From positions 22,595 through 86,594 of the forward strand of contig JAGCDH010000012.1 of the NCBI GenBank assembly GCA_017651165.1: DNA of 64,000 nt, read 5' to 3'. This document shows positions 28,001 to 38,431 of the stretch, piece after piece; position 1 is the stretch's first letter; each line of letters starts with the position of its first letter. The notes under the pieces were generated by a model that searched no databases, had not been told where the DNA came from, and saw only the letters and a list, made by a program, of their open reading frames with translations. The DNA is from Bacilli bacterium. Its GTDB lineage: Bacteria; Bacillota_I; Bacilli_A; RFN20; CAG-826. Made by a program: the position numbers and the translations under genes.

Positions 28001-31000
28001 TTAAGCTCTTTCTTTTTTGCGAAGGGAGAGAAGGATGAATCCGACACCCACAAGAGCAAGTAATCCGAGGGTAGCGCCTACGGAAGCGAGACTACCACCA
28101 CAGCCACCTTTTGCTTTTGGATAGACAAATTCTTCCATCACTTCTTCACTGAGTTCTTCTTCTGCTGGCACGATATCAATGATGAATTGAACTGCCACTT
28201 TATTAGAACCACTTTCAAGAATGAGATCAATTCTATATAAACCAAGATGTTCAAGTTTACCACTTAAGGCACCATTTTCGAGTTCAACGCCTTCTGGTAA
28301 GGAGCAACGTTGATTGAGTCTTGGAGTATATGATTCATATTGTGATGGTAAAACGTTGAGGGTGAATTCTTCACCGAGTTTCTTAGAAACGTTTTGGACA
28401 TCGACAACTTTGGTTAAACCACGGTTTTGACCTGTACAATTGATGGACATGTACATGATTTCTTTAATACGTTGTCTACATGCATACCACCATGTATAGG
28501 AAGTGAATTTGGAACCATTGTATGCTTGTTTGGAAACTGGAGCACCTTTTCCACCAAAAGCGGATGAGCTCCATTCACATTCGGAGTTACCACCGAAACC
28601 ACGTTGGTCTAATTGAGAGTTACAACCAGCGATAGCACGGTTATTAACGTTTTCATAGCACTTGAAGTTAACACTACCATTACCACTGTGGGTCATATCG
28701 GATAAGACCGCACCTTTGAAGCCCCATTCTTCACGGAGAACTTCTGTTAATAATGGATAGCTAGCCGCGGTTTCCATTAAACCTAAACGGTTATAGGAAC
28801 CCATAACACCCATGGATTTACCTTCTTCAAAGACCATTTGGAATGATCTGAGGTAAATTTCACGAAGTGCTTGTTCTGTTAAGTATGAGATACCACTTTC
28901 ACGGTTCTTTTCTTGATCGTTTGTAGCGAAGTGTTTGAAGTATGCATAGACACCTCTATCAGTAGCAGCACCAACGACTTCAGCAGCGATTCTACCCATT
29001 AAGAATGGATCGGCTGAATAATATTCGAAGTTACGGCCACCAAATGGAGAACGGTGTGTATTGACCGCTGGGCCCCACCAACCAGATTTACCATTGATTT
29101 GAGATTCCATACCAACGGCTTCACCTTGTTCGTGAGCAAGTCTTGGATTGAATGTCGCAGCGATAATTGGGGAAGAAACCCATTGCATAATGCTGAATTT
29201 TTGTGGGCCGTCACCTTCGCTGAAGCTATTTTTGCCAATAGCACTTAAGCCTGGTGAAGCCATACCATTAGACTCGATGTAGTTGAGCATTTCGCTATAG
29301 GAGAATTCGTTGACGAATGATTCCCATTTTGGATCATCTAAATCGACGCCTTTCATGGCAGAAAGTTGTGTACGTGGAGATGGTGTCTTTTGTTCCCATT
29401 TACCATCGATTGCGTCTTGTTCTGTCTTATAAGCAGCTTCTGGTGTGTATTCGAAGTTGTGATCAACATCGACTTCACCGAGTTTGTATTCGTGAGTAAG
29501 GAATTCTTCTGCACGGCTGCCTTCTTTAACAGTACGGGATTCAAAAGTTGGGTGATGTGGGAATGTCTTAACGAGATCGACACGGCTCATTTGTTCGAAT
29601 TCGATATCGTCTTCGCCTGGTAAGGAATTGTAGAAGCCTCTATCAGTGAAACGGTTTTCAACTTTGTTGCCAGTGAAACGGTCGTTTTCGTATTTAATAC
29701 CATTTTCAGTAACATTTAATGTAACTTGGCCATAGAATTCATGGGCGTTTTTGCCTAAGAGAATTTCGTATGCACCTGGATCTAATTCATAACCCTTGAA
29801 GCCATTACCATTCGCATCACTGAAGTCGTAGTTAGCGACATCTTGGAGATGGAAAGTAAGGTTCATGATTTGTGATTGTCCTGGTTGAATGAGTTCGCTC
29901 TTGTCGAAAGCACATAAGACGTGGTCTGCTTTTTCGATTTCGCCTTTTTTGTATGGAGCTTTCCAATATAATTGAACAGCATCTTTACCAGCAACTGTAC
30001 CTGTATTAGTCACCTTTACAGTCACTTCGATTAAATCACTATTTTCATCGAGAATAGCGTCTTTTGCAGGACTGACTCTCATGATTTGTTGATCGAAGGA
30101 AGTATAGCTTAAGCCATAACCGAATGGATAAACAACGCCACCTTTTTCTTTGTCTTGACCGTTGTACCATTTATCAGCGGCCTTTTTGTTTTTGGCAGCC
30201 ATATCAGCATAACGGGTTTCATAATAACGATAGTCGACATAAATGCCTTCTTCATATGAAACATAAGCGGATGGTTTAACGCCATTGATACCACCTTGGA
30301 CAACTTTAGCCTCTTCGTCAACCCATCTTGGGCTTTCGTGCTTGCTATAAGCTTTATCAGTACCAAAGCTCATCACTGGATCACCATCTGGAGTGAACAT
30401 TGTATCTTGTGGCGCGTATGTTTCGGTTTTGCCAAACCAAGAATTGTCATTCGCTTTGATAATTTGATCGTTTGTTTGTGCGTTGTCAGAGAAGTTTTGA
30501 TATGTTGGATCTAATTTGAAATCTCTTGCCCATGTATCAACTGTACGACCTGATGGGTTGACATCACCAACTAAAATTCTACCAACAGCGGCTGGGCCAA
30601 CGTCACCTGGGTTACCAATCCAAAGAACTGCAGAGACCTTTGGATCTTTTTCAAAGACATCACATTCGAAGATGTTGGAAGAGTTAATAACGATAATAAC
30701 ATTATCGAAATGTTCTTCTAACAAATGTAATAAGTCTTCTTCGTTGTCGGATAATTCAAGTGCGTGCTTATCGGTAATTTCATCAAGTGGTGTTGCCTCA
30801 ACGTTTGTACCGTTTGCTCTTGGATCGAAGTCACGAGCGTCAATTGCTTTGACGTCACAACCTTCTGAACCTTCACGAGTGATAACTTGGATAGCAACAT
30901 CGTTGAATTCATCCATACTGGCAATTAAATCTTCAGTATAGAGGTTCACTGGGGTTTCACCAATTTGAACTTGAGAGTTGCCTTTCCAACCATCGTTACC

Positions 31001-31432
31001 ATTGGTTCTGCCAATACCTGAAGCAGGATTGTTTTCCCATTGGCCTCTTGAGTTTTTCCTACGATAGAACTCTTTTAATGTAGTATTGACTTCAAAGCCC
31101 ACTTCTTCCAAAGCCATTTGGAGGTCATAGTCTTTGACACCACTACTAGCGGATGAGGAACCGGAACCTGCGCCACCTTTTGCAAGGTTAAAAGCAGATT
31201 TACCAGCTAATGTGGCCTTACCAGGTTGCATTGGTAAGAAGCCATCGTTCTTGAGAAGGACAAAGCCTTCGTCAGCAATGCGGCTATTTAAATCAGAACC
31301 ATAAGCTTTATAGGCACTGTCAGAATCATATTTACCAATGAATTCAGCGTTTAAACCGACTGGTTCACTGTGTAAACATAATGGAAAAGCCATTGCTGCT
31401 AGAAGAATTGGAAATAAAATTTTTTTCTTCAT
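28001..31432 (-). CDS. Secreted GH3 beta-glycosidase (permuted) with Ig-like domain and GGCGGS-TM tail
   Basis: Signal peptide MKKKILF (ATG 31432, AAAGGA SD); EGFVLLKN, YPFGYGLSY, HRSPFGGRNFEYYS, KHF, SDMTH; LPEG..L..G.LSG Ig-like motif. Confidence 0.93.
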   Translation of the reverse strand: MKKKILFPILLAAMAFPLCLHSEPVGLNAEFIGKYDSDSAYKAYGSDLNSRIADEGFVLLKNDGFLPMQPGKATLAGKSAFNLAKGGAGSGSSSASSGVKDYDLQMALEEVGFEVNTTLKEFYRRKNSRGQWENNPASGIGRTNGNDGWKGNSQVQIGETPVNLYTEDLIASMDEFNDVAIQVITREGSEGCDVKAIDARDFDPRANGTNVEATPLDEITDKHALELSDNEEDLLHLLEEHFDNVIIVINSSNIFECDVFEKDPKVSAVLWIGNPGDVGPAAVGRILVGDVNPSGRTVDTWARDFKLDPTYQNFSDNAQTNDQIIKANDNSWFGKTETYAPQDTMFTPDGDPVMSFGTDKAYSKHESPRWVDEEAKVVQGGINGVKPSAYVSYEEGIYVDYRYYETRYADMAAKNKKAADKWYNGQDKEKGGVVYPFGYGLSYTSFDQQIMRVSPAKDAILDENSDLIEVTVKVTNTGTVAGKDAVQLYWKAPYKKGEIEKADHVLCAFDKSELIQPGQSQIMNLTFHLQDVANYDFSDANGNGFKGYELDPGAYEILLGKNAHEFYGQVTLNVTENGIKYENDRFTGNKVENRFTDRGFYNSLPGEDDIEFEQMSRVDLVKTFPHHPTFESRTVKEGSRAEEFLTHEYKLGEVDVDHNFEYTPEAAYKTEQDAIDGKWEQKTPSPRTQLSAMKGVDLDDPKWESFVNEFSYSEMLNYIESNGMASPGLSAIGKNSFSEGDGPQKFSIMQWVSSPIIAATFNPRLAHEQGEAVGMESQINGKSGWWGPAVNTHRSPFGGRNFEYYSADPFLMGRIAAEVVGAATDRGVYAYFKHFATNDQEKNRESGISYLTEQALREIYLRSFQMVFEEGKSMGVMGSYNRLGLMETAASYPLLTEVLREEWGFKGAVLSDMTHSGNGSVNFKCYENVNNRAIAGCNSQLDQRGFGGNSECEWSSSAFGGKGAPVSKQAYNGSKFTSYTWWYACRQRIKEIMYMSINCTGQNRGLTKVVDVQNVSKKLGEEFTLNVLPSQYESYTPRLNQRCSLPEGVELENGALSGKLEHLGLYRIDLILESGSNKVAVQFIIDIVPAEEELSEEVMEEFVYPKAKGGCGGSLASVGATLGLLALVGVGFILLSLRKKERA
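28713..28799. repeat. 87-nt exact repeat shared with 32612-32698 (GH3 paralogs)
   Basis: cctttgaagcccc...ggttataggaa is identical in both genes by manual comparison. Confidence 0.9.
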
Positions 31433-31810
31433 ACGTTTTTCCTTTCGAAGTGTAAATTGCATTATTATGTTGCCTCTATTTGAGAGCAAGCGAAGAAACT
31501 GTCTAATTATGCTATCGTTTCATAATGCATGTGCATATTTAATATATATCGTGCACGAATACCTTTACAAGACAAATTGTTTTATTTAAACAGGACAATT
31601 ATTTGTTATTTTTTGTGCTAAACAAAAAGCTATTTATCCTACTAGTAATGAACCTTAATTATTTTAAATCAGATTCAAAGTATGCATTAAAGTGATCATA
31701 TCATTTCATATAGTTTTAAAAACTATTTCTTAAGAACGATGCGATTATAAACGCGCTAAACAAACTGATTGTTAAAAAATATTAACTTATTTTTGTAGTT
31801 AGTTAAAAAA

Positions 31811-31843
31811 TAAAGCGAAACGCCCCTAAGAACGTTCCGCTTT
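31811..31843 (-). terminator. Terminator after the third GH3 gene
   Basis: AAAGCGGAACG..CGTTTCGCTTT followed by ATTTTTT on the minus strand. Confidence 0.75.
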
Positions 31844-31875
31844 GAAATTGATATGTGATTAAGAAGCAATAATAA

Positions 31876-34800
31876 CTATTCAGTTACTCTTCTTTTTTTG
31901 TTGAGAAATAGAGCGCCAAAAGCGAGTAAACCAAGTGTCGCAACACCGATCATTGTGACGCCAATGGAGCCACCACAACCGCCTTTTCCTGCTGGCATTT
32001 CGGTTGACTCTGCATCAATTGCACCAGCTGGGATATAAAGCTTGAAGGAGTAACCAACGGTCGCTTTGCTTTGATCGCTATATGTCAAATTAATGATGAG
32101 GTGGACGAATTGATTAACAGCAGCATCAACCTTGCCAGAGATTGCGTTGTTATTCAATGATAATCCCTCTGGAAGAGGTGTTGTTGGGTCAATTGCGATT
32201 GAAGAATCAGCAATGTTCTTACCACCAAACGTTGTTGGAAGTGTAATTTGAATATCAACGTCTTCATTGATTGCGCCAACGAACACATCACGTTCTGTGT
32301 TAGAAAGTTGTGTACCAGTTAAAGGCTTAATCATGGAAGTGGAAGTAGCACCAGATCTTGCGCAAGAGTAAAGTGTTCCTTTTGCTGCTTTTCTAAGAGC
32401 ATACCACCAAGAATAAGCTTCCACTGTATCATTACCGATTTTGAAAGTTGGACAACCTAATGTTGGGCTCCATTTCGCTTCGATATTACCGTTGAAACCA
32501 CGTTGGTCTAATTGTTGGTTACAACCAATAAGAATACGCCAGTTAACGTTTTCATAGCACTTGAAGTTAACACTACCATTACCACTATGTGTCATATCGG
32601 AGATGATGTGTCCTTTGAAGCCCCATTCTTCACGGAGAACTTCTGTTAATAATGGATAGCTAGCCGCGGTTTCCATTAAACCTAAACGGTTATAGGAAGA
32701 CATAATACCAGTGGCTCTACCTTCTTGAACAACGATTTGGAATGGTCTGAGGTAGATTTCACGAAGCACTTGTTCTGTTAAGAATGTTGAAGTACCTTCA
32801 CGATTCTTTTCTTGATCGTTAACAACAAAGTGTTTGAAGTAACAATAGATACCTTTATCTGTTGCACCCGCCACAACTTGACCAGCCATCTTGCCCATTA
32901 AGAATGGATCGGCTGAATAGTATTCAAAGTTACGGCCACCAAATGGGGAACGGTGTAAGTTGACAGCAGGACCAGCCCAACCATATGTACCTTGGATGTG
33001 GGCTTCCATGCCAACCATTTCGCCTTGCTTTTTGGCCAATTCAACATTAAATGTTGCTGCCACGATAGGAGCGCCAGCCCACCAAATAATTAAGAATTGG
33101 GAAGGACCATCACTACTACCAGTTTCTGGTTTATTTAATCTGCTAATACTTGGATTTTGAGTTGTACCATCAGTGAATTTCAATAATTCATCGTAAGTAA
33201 GTTGATTTAAGAATAAATCCCATTTTGGATCATCGATATCTAAGTTATACATATCTGGGAATTTGATATCAGAGATATTTGTGCTAGTAGCTTGTGAATA
33301 ACCAAGAGCTTGAATTTCTTCTTTGGTCTTTTTAAGGACTGTTGGGATATATTCACCAGTTGGATTATCGAGTTCAATGTCCGCTAAAGTGACTTCGTGG
33401 TTGAAGAATTCTTCGACACGGCTGCCATCTTTTAATGAACGTGATTCAAAAGTTGGGTGATGTGGGAAGGTCTTAACCAAATCAGAACGGCTCATTTGTT
33501 CAAATTCGATATCTTCTTCCGCTGGTAAGCAGTTATAGAAACCTCTGTCGGTAAAACGGTTTTCAACTTTATGACCAGTGATGCGGTCATTTTCATATTG
33601 AATGCCATTTTCACCCACCATTAATTTAATGGAATCATAGGCTTCGTGAGCGTTTTTGCTTAATAAGATTTCGTATTTACCTGGATCTAATTCATAGCCT
33701 TTGAAGCCATTACCATTGGCATCGTTATAGTCATAGTTAGCCACGTCTTGGCTATAGAAATCTAATTTTAATGTTTGTGATTCGCTTGGTTGTAACATAT
33801 CTGTTTTAGCGAAAGCACATAAAACATGATCGGCTTTTTCAATTCCGCCTTTTTTATATGGAGCTCTCCAATAAAGTTGGACAACTTCTTTGCCAGGCAT
33901 ACCGCCAGTATTGGTGACTTTAACTTCGACTTCAATGTGAGCGTTGCCACTTGTAATCATTTTATTAGCGTAGTTACAAGAAACAACTTCTTGTTCAAAG
34001 CGTGTATAGCTTAAGCCATAACCAAATGGATAGATAACGCCGCCTTTTTCTTTATCTTTACCGTTGTACCATTTATCGGCTTTACCTTTACTCTTTTTCG
34101 CCATATCAGCATAGCGAGTTTCATAATAACGATAGTCGACATAAACGCCTTCTTCATATGAGACATAAGCGGATGGTTTAACGCCGTTTAAACCGCCTTG
34201 AACGACTTTGGCATCTTCATCCACCCAACGAGGAGCGTCATGGTCTTTATAGTTTTTATCAGTACCATAACTCAAAACTGGGTCACCATCAGCGGTGAAC
34301 ATTGTATCTTGTGGCGCGTATGTTTCGGTTTTGCCAAACCAAGAAGTGTCATTCGCTTTAATGATTTGATCGTTTGTTTGCGCATTATCAGAGAAGTTTT
34401 GATATGTAGGATCTAAGGTAAAATCTCTAGCCCATGTATCAACTGTGCGGCCTGATGGATTAACATCACCATTTAAAATACGGCCAATAGCACCTGTACC
34501 AACTGCGCCTGGATTACCCATCCAAATAATGGCTTTGACTGCTGGGTCATTTTCAAAAAGATTGCATTGGAAGATGTTGCCAGAGTTAATCAAAATAATG
34601 ATATTGTCTGTGTGTTCGTGAAGTTCGTTAAACAAATCTTCTTCGTTTTTTGATAATTGAAGAGCGTGTCTATCAGAGATTGGATCATCTGGGGTATTTT
34701 GGTTATTACCGCCGGTATGAGCATTACGTGGATCGAAATCACGTGCATCAATCGCTTTGACGTCACAACCTTCACTACCTTCACGAGAAATGACTTGGAT

Positions 34801-35316
34801 AGCGCAATCATTATACTCATCAAGCGTCGCTAATAAATCTTCGCCATAAAGGCTGAGTGGTGTTTCACCAATTTGAACTTGAGAGTTGCCTTTCCAACCA
34901 TCGTTGCCATTAGAACGACCTTTGCCTGATCTTTCCTCGCTTTTGTAAAACGCTGTTAAATCTGCATTGAGTTCAAAGCCTGCATCTTTTAAAGATTTTT
35001 GCAAATCGATATCAGATTCACCATTGACACGGCCACTACCGGAACCACCACCACCTCTAACAAGGTTTGTGGAACTCTTACCAACAACGGAAATTTTTTC
35101 ATTTCCAACCATTGGAAGGAAGTTGCCTTCATTCTTTAAAAGGACGAAACCCTCATCACATATTTGAGCGTTTAGGGCAGAACCAGCAACAATGTAGTCG
35201 TTTCTGGAACTGTACTCACCGATGAATTGAGCGTTTAAACCTTCAGCTTGTTGTTGAATACAAAGAGGAACGGCTAAAGCGCCAAGAAAAATTGGAATCA
35301 ATAATTTTTTCTTCAT
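31876..35316 (-). CDS. Secreted GH3 beta-glycosidase (permuted), paralog of 28001-31432, with GGCGGS-TM tail
   Basis: Same motif set (EGFVLLKN, REGSEGCD, SDGP, KHF, SDMTH); LPEGLSL...ISG Ig-like motif; ATG 35316. Confidence 0.93.
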   Translation of the reverse strand: MKKKLLIPIFLGALAVPLCIQQQAEGLNAQFIGEYSSRNDYIVAGSALNAQICDEGFVLLKNEGNFLPMVGNEKISVVGKSSTNLVRGGGGSGSGRVNGESDIDLQKSLKDAGFELNADLTAFYKSEERSGKGRSNGNDGWKGNSQVQIGETPLSLYGEDLLATLDEYNDCAIQVISREGSEGCDVKAIDARDFDPRNAHTGGNNQNTPDDPISDRHALQLSKNEEDLFNELHEHTDNIIILINSGNIFQCNLFENDPAVKAIIWMGNPGAVGTGAIGRILNGDVNPSGRTVDTWARDFTLDPTYQNFSDNAQTNDQIIKANDTSWFGKTETYAPQDTMFTADGDPVLSYGTDKNYKDHDAPRWVDEDAKVVQGGLNGVKPSAYVSYEEGVYVDYRYYETRYADMAKKSKGKADKWYNGKDKEKGGVIYPFGYGLSYTRFEQEVVSCNYANKMITSGNAHIEVEVKVTNTGGMPGKEVVQLYWRAPYKKGGIEKADHVLCAFAKTDMLQPSESQTLKLDFYSQDVANYDYNDANGNGFKGYELDPGKYEILLSKNAHEAYDSIKLMVGENGIQYENDRITGHKVENRFTDRGFYNCLPAEEDIEFEQMSRSDLVKTFPHHPTFESRSLKDGSRVEEFFNHEVTLADIELDNPTGEYIPTVLKKTKEEIQALGYSQATSTNISDIKFPDMYNLDIDDPKWDLFLNQLTYDELLKFTDGTTQNPSISRLNKPETGSSDGPSQFLIIWWAGAPIVAATFNVELAKKQGEMVGMEAHIQGTYGWAGPAVNLHRSPFGGRNFEYYSADPFLMGKMAGQVVAGATDKGIYCYFKHFVVNDQEKNREGTSTFLTEQVLREIYLRPFQIVVQEGRATGIMSSYNRLGLMETAASYPLLTEVLREEWGFKGHIISDMTHSGNGSVNFKCYENVNWRILIGCNQQLDQRGFNGNIEAKWSPTLGCPTFKIGNDTVEAYSWWYALRKAAKGTLYSCARSGATSTSMIKPLTGTQLSNTERDVFVGAINEDVDIQITLPTTFGGKNIADSSIAIDPTTPLPEGLSLNNNAISGKVDAAVNQFVHLIINLTYSDQSKATVGYSFKLYIPAGAIDAESTEMPAGKGGCGGSIGVTMIGVATLGLLAFGALFLNKKRRVTE

Positions 35317-35469
35317 ATTTTTTCCTTTCATTTTAAAAGCACATATCTTGTTTCACGACGAATACAAGTTAGTTAAATTAACTATGATATGTACCACTCA
35401 TATAATAACATTGAACGCTATTTAATAAATAGATAATATGACTATCTTGTGTTTTAGAGAAATTAAAAT

Positions 35470-35497
35470 GAAAAGAAAAAGGGCATTGCCCTTCTTC
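35470..35497 (-). terminator. Terminator after oppF
   Basis: AAGGGC-aat-GCCCTT followed by TTTCTTTT on the minus strand. Confidence 0.7.
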
Positions 35498-35498
35498 A

Positions 35499-36725
35499 TT
35501 ATTTGTTTTCGTTAATTTGCTTACGATATTTTTCAAGCTCTTCAGTGTTGGCCATGACGAAGTGTCCTGGGATAACTTCCACAAGGGATGGCGCTTCTTT
35601 AGAATAGTCATGCTCTTCTTGTGGCTTATAGACATATCTCTTTCTGACCTTTTCACTAAGTGGATCTGGCTTAGGAATAGCGGAAAGTAAGGCCCTCGTG
35701 TATGGATGTAATGGATGTTTGAATAATTCATCACTACTCGCCATCTCCACGATATTACCGAAGTACATAACCGCGATTCGATCACAGAAATATTTAACGA
35801 CGGATAAGTCGTGAGCGATAAACATAATGGTTAAACCCATTTCATCTTTTAAATTATTTAATAAATTAATGATTTGGGCGCGGATGGAGACGTCAAGCGC
35901 GGAAATAGGTTCGTCACAGATTAAGAAATCTGGATTCATAATTAAGGCTCTTGCGATACCAATACGTTGTCTTTGACCACCAGAAAATTCGTGAGGATAT
36001 CTAGAAGCATATTCTGGTAAAAGACCAACTTTAATTAAAGCGTCTTTCACTTTCTGGGAGTTTTCGAATCGATTGTATTGACCTTGAATATGTAAGCCTT
36101 CTTGAATGATGTCTTCAACAGTCATACGAGGGTCAAGAGAATCAACAGGGTCTTGGAAGATCATTTGCATCTTGCTCATGAGCTTCTTATCAACGTGTCT
36201 GTTATCGTAATTGTGTTGCGCAATCTTTTCTTTTTGTTCTTTGATAAGTTCCGCTAAATCGGATTCAATCTTTTTGATTTGTTGATCGTATTCCGCTTTA
36301 ATCTTCGCGGTTTCACTAGCGATAAAATCAGCGTTGCCTTGTTCGTCAGTTAAAGAATGAACCTTTTCGTTCATTTCGTTTTGTAGTTCTTTGATTCTAC
36401 GACGGGCTTTAATTCTCTTCCACTTGATTTCTTTTTCATTCCATCTGTTACCAGCGACAATACGGTAACCTTTGAAATAAACAGAACCAGAAGTAGCTTT
36501 GTAAAGCCTGATTAAAGTTCTACCAGTTGTGGTTTTTCCACAGCCTGATTCACCAACAACACCAAAGCATTCACCTTTCTTAATATCAAAGCTGACATTA
36601 TGGACGGCTTTAGTGATGAATTTGGATTTACCATGACCAAACTTAAAGAATTGTTTTAAGTGTCTAACTGATAATTCAATATTGTTTTCCACTAATTCTG
36701 GAAGATAAGTAACTTTTCTAGCCAT
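35499..36725 (-). CDS. oppF: Oligopeptide ABC transporter ATPase OppF (with charged insertion)
   Basis: GESGCGKT, FQDP, YPHEFSGGQRQR, CDEPISALD, HPLHPYT. Confidence 0.93.
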   Translation of the reverse strand: MARKVTYLPELVENNIELSVRHLKQFFKFGHGKSKFITKAVHNVSFDIKKGECFGVVGESGCGKTTTGRTLIRLYKATSGSVYFKGYRIVAGNRWNEKEIKWKRIKARRRIKELQNEMNEKVHSLTDEQGNADFIASETAKIKAEYDQQIKKIESDLAELIKEQKEKIAQHNYDNRHVDKKLMSKMQMIFQDPVDSLDPRMTVEDIIQEGLHIQGQYNRFENSQKVKDALIKVGLLPEYASRYPHEFSGGQRQRIGIARALIMNPDFLICDEPISALDVSIRAQIINLLNNLKDEMGLTIMFIAHDLSVVKYFCDRIAVMYFGNIVEMASSDELFKHPLHPYTRALLSAIPKPDPLSEKVRKRYVYKPQEEHDYSKEAPSLVEVIPGHFVMANTEELEKYRKQINENK

Positions 36726-38431
36726 TATTTACCCTCCAATCTCGCCGCGTTATTCGCTTTAGCGGTCTCAATACGTGTTTTAACAATCGCTGGCATTTCC
36801 ACTTTTGGCGCTCTTGGATCGAGTAACCATGTAGCAGCGTAATGTGTATCAGACACCTTGAATAAAGGTGGTTCTTTCTTAAAGTCGATTTTCATCGCAT
36901 ATTTACTACGTAAGGCGAAAGCATCACCAACAGGTGGATAGATTAAGTTTGGAGGTGTGCCTGGGATGGCATCAAGTCTTTCTTTGCTATCAACATCTGG
37001 GATAGAGGCTAATAATGCCCAAGTATATGGATGCTTTGGATCATAGAAGATTTCTTCTTCTGTACCATATTCCACAATCTTACCAGCGTACATAACCGCG
37101 ACACGGTCCGCCATATTAGCGACAACACCTAAATCGTGGGTAATAAAGATACACGTCATGTTTCTTTCTGCTTTCAAACGGTTAATTAATTCAAGGATTT
37201 GAGCTTGAATGGTAACGTCTAACGCAGTGGTTGGTTCGTCACAAATTAAGATATCTGGGTCCGCGGTTAAAGCAATGGCGATAACGATACGTTGTCTCAT
37301 ACCACCAGAGAATTCAAATGGATATTGTCTGAATCTGGTTTCTGGATTTGGAATACCGACTTCTTCCATAATCTTGAGGGCTTTTTGTTTGGCTTCCTCT
37401 TTGGAGACTTTGATTTTGGAGAGATAGTTTTTCCACGCTTTTCTTGGTTCGACATGGTGTTCTAACTCATAGTAGTATTCTTCAAGATAGCGTTGCTTGG
37501 TCGCTCTAACGACAGCGCTGGCTTCTTTATTCTTTACTTTGTAAGCCGCTTTAGTTTCAGCGATAATTGGTTTATATTTTTCTTTTAATTCAGACTTATT
37601 AGCGTTCTTATCATGTTTGGCTTGTTGAATCTTTTGATTAAAGTCTTTTTTAAGATTCGCTAATTTTTCTTTATTAGAAGAATGTTGCTCTTTAGCATTC
37701 TTTAAAATCGCGTTCTTTTCATTAACGTAGTTATCGTGTGCTTCTTTTAAAGCATTCGCTCTTTCTTTAGCTAATTCTGAACGTTTAGAAGCGTCTTCCG
37801 CTTCAGCGATCATCACTTTATATTTGTGGATAATAGTAACCTTTTCAAGACCATAGTCTTGCTTTAAAGCATAAATCTTACCATCAGATTCGTTTTTAGC
37901 GATGTTTTTAATTCTTTCGATTTCTTTTTTCTTTTCGCTCTTTAAGAATTTAATGGTTTCTTTACCTTTATTCACTTCGCTCTTATAAGCGGTAATCGCG
38001 TTTTTATAGGCAACGAATTCATTAGCGACGATTTCTTCTCTCATCTTTTTGAGATGGTTGCCGTTTAATAACATAGCTTCGGTAATTTGTTTACCAATTC
38101 TCATGATTGGGTTTAAAGATGATAAAGGATCTTGGAAGATCATACCAATCTTACGACCTCTGATACGGTGGAATTCATCTTCACTAACTTTGGTTAAATC
38201 TTCACCTTCATACATGATGGAGCCAGAAGCGATACGACCATTCGCACTTAAAATACCCATGATGGTTTTACTGGTGACGGATTTACCACTACCGGATTCA
38301 CCGACGATACATAATGTTTCACCTTTGTATAAGTCAAAGGAAACACCACGTACCGCTTGGACATAACCATGGTCTGTGGAGAAGTTAACTTTTAAGTCTT
38401 TAACGGATAAAACAATTTCTTTATTTTCCAT
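36725..38431 (-). CDS. oppD: Oligopeptide ABC transporter ATPase OppD (with long coiled-coil insertion)
   Basis: GESGSGKS, FQDPLSSLNP, YPFEFSGGMRQR, DEPTTALD, HPYTWALL. Confidence 0.93.
   Translation of the reverse strand: MENKEIVLSVKDLKVNFSTDHGYVQAVRGVSFDLYKGETLCIVGESGSGKSVTSKTIMGILSANGRIASGSIMYEGEDLTKVSEDEFHRIRGRKIGMIFQDPLSSLNPIMRIGKQITEAMLLNGNHLKKMREEIVANEFVAYKNAITAYKSEVNKGKETIKFLKSEKKKEIERIKNIAKNESDGKIYALKQDYGLEKVTIIHKYKVMIAEAEDASKRSELAKERANALKEAHDNYVNEKNAILKNAKEQHSSNKEKLANLKKDFNQKIQQAKHDKNANKSELKEKYKPIIAETKAAYKVKNKEASAVVRATKQRYLEEYYYELEHHVEPRKAWKNYLSKIKVSKEEAKQKALKIMEEVGIPNPETRFRQYPFEFSGGMRQRIVIAIALTADPDILICDEPTTALDVTIQAQILELINRLKAERNMTCIFITHDLGVVANMADRVAVMYAGKIVEYGTEEEIFYDPKHPYTWALLASIPDVDSKERLDAIPGTPPNLIYPPVGDAFALRSKYAMKIDFKKEPPLFKVSDTHYAATWLLDPRAPKVEMPAIVKTRIETAKANNAARLEGK

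Noticed and set aside
23395-35316. Reversed domain order of the GH3 enzymes as a novelty
   Set aside because: Permuted GH3s with the sandwich domain first are already known from rumen and gut Firmicutes
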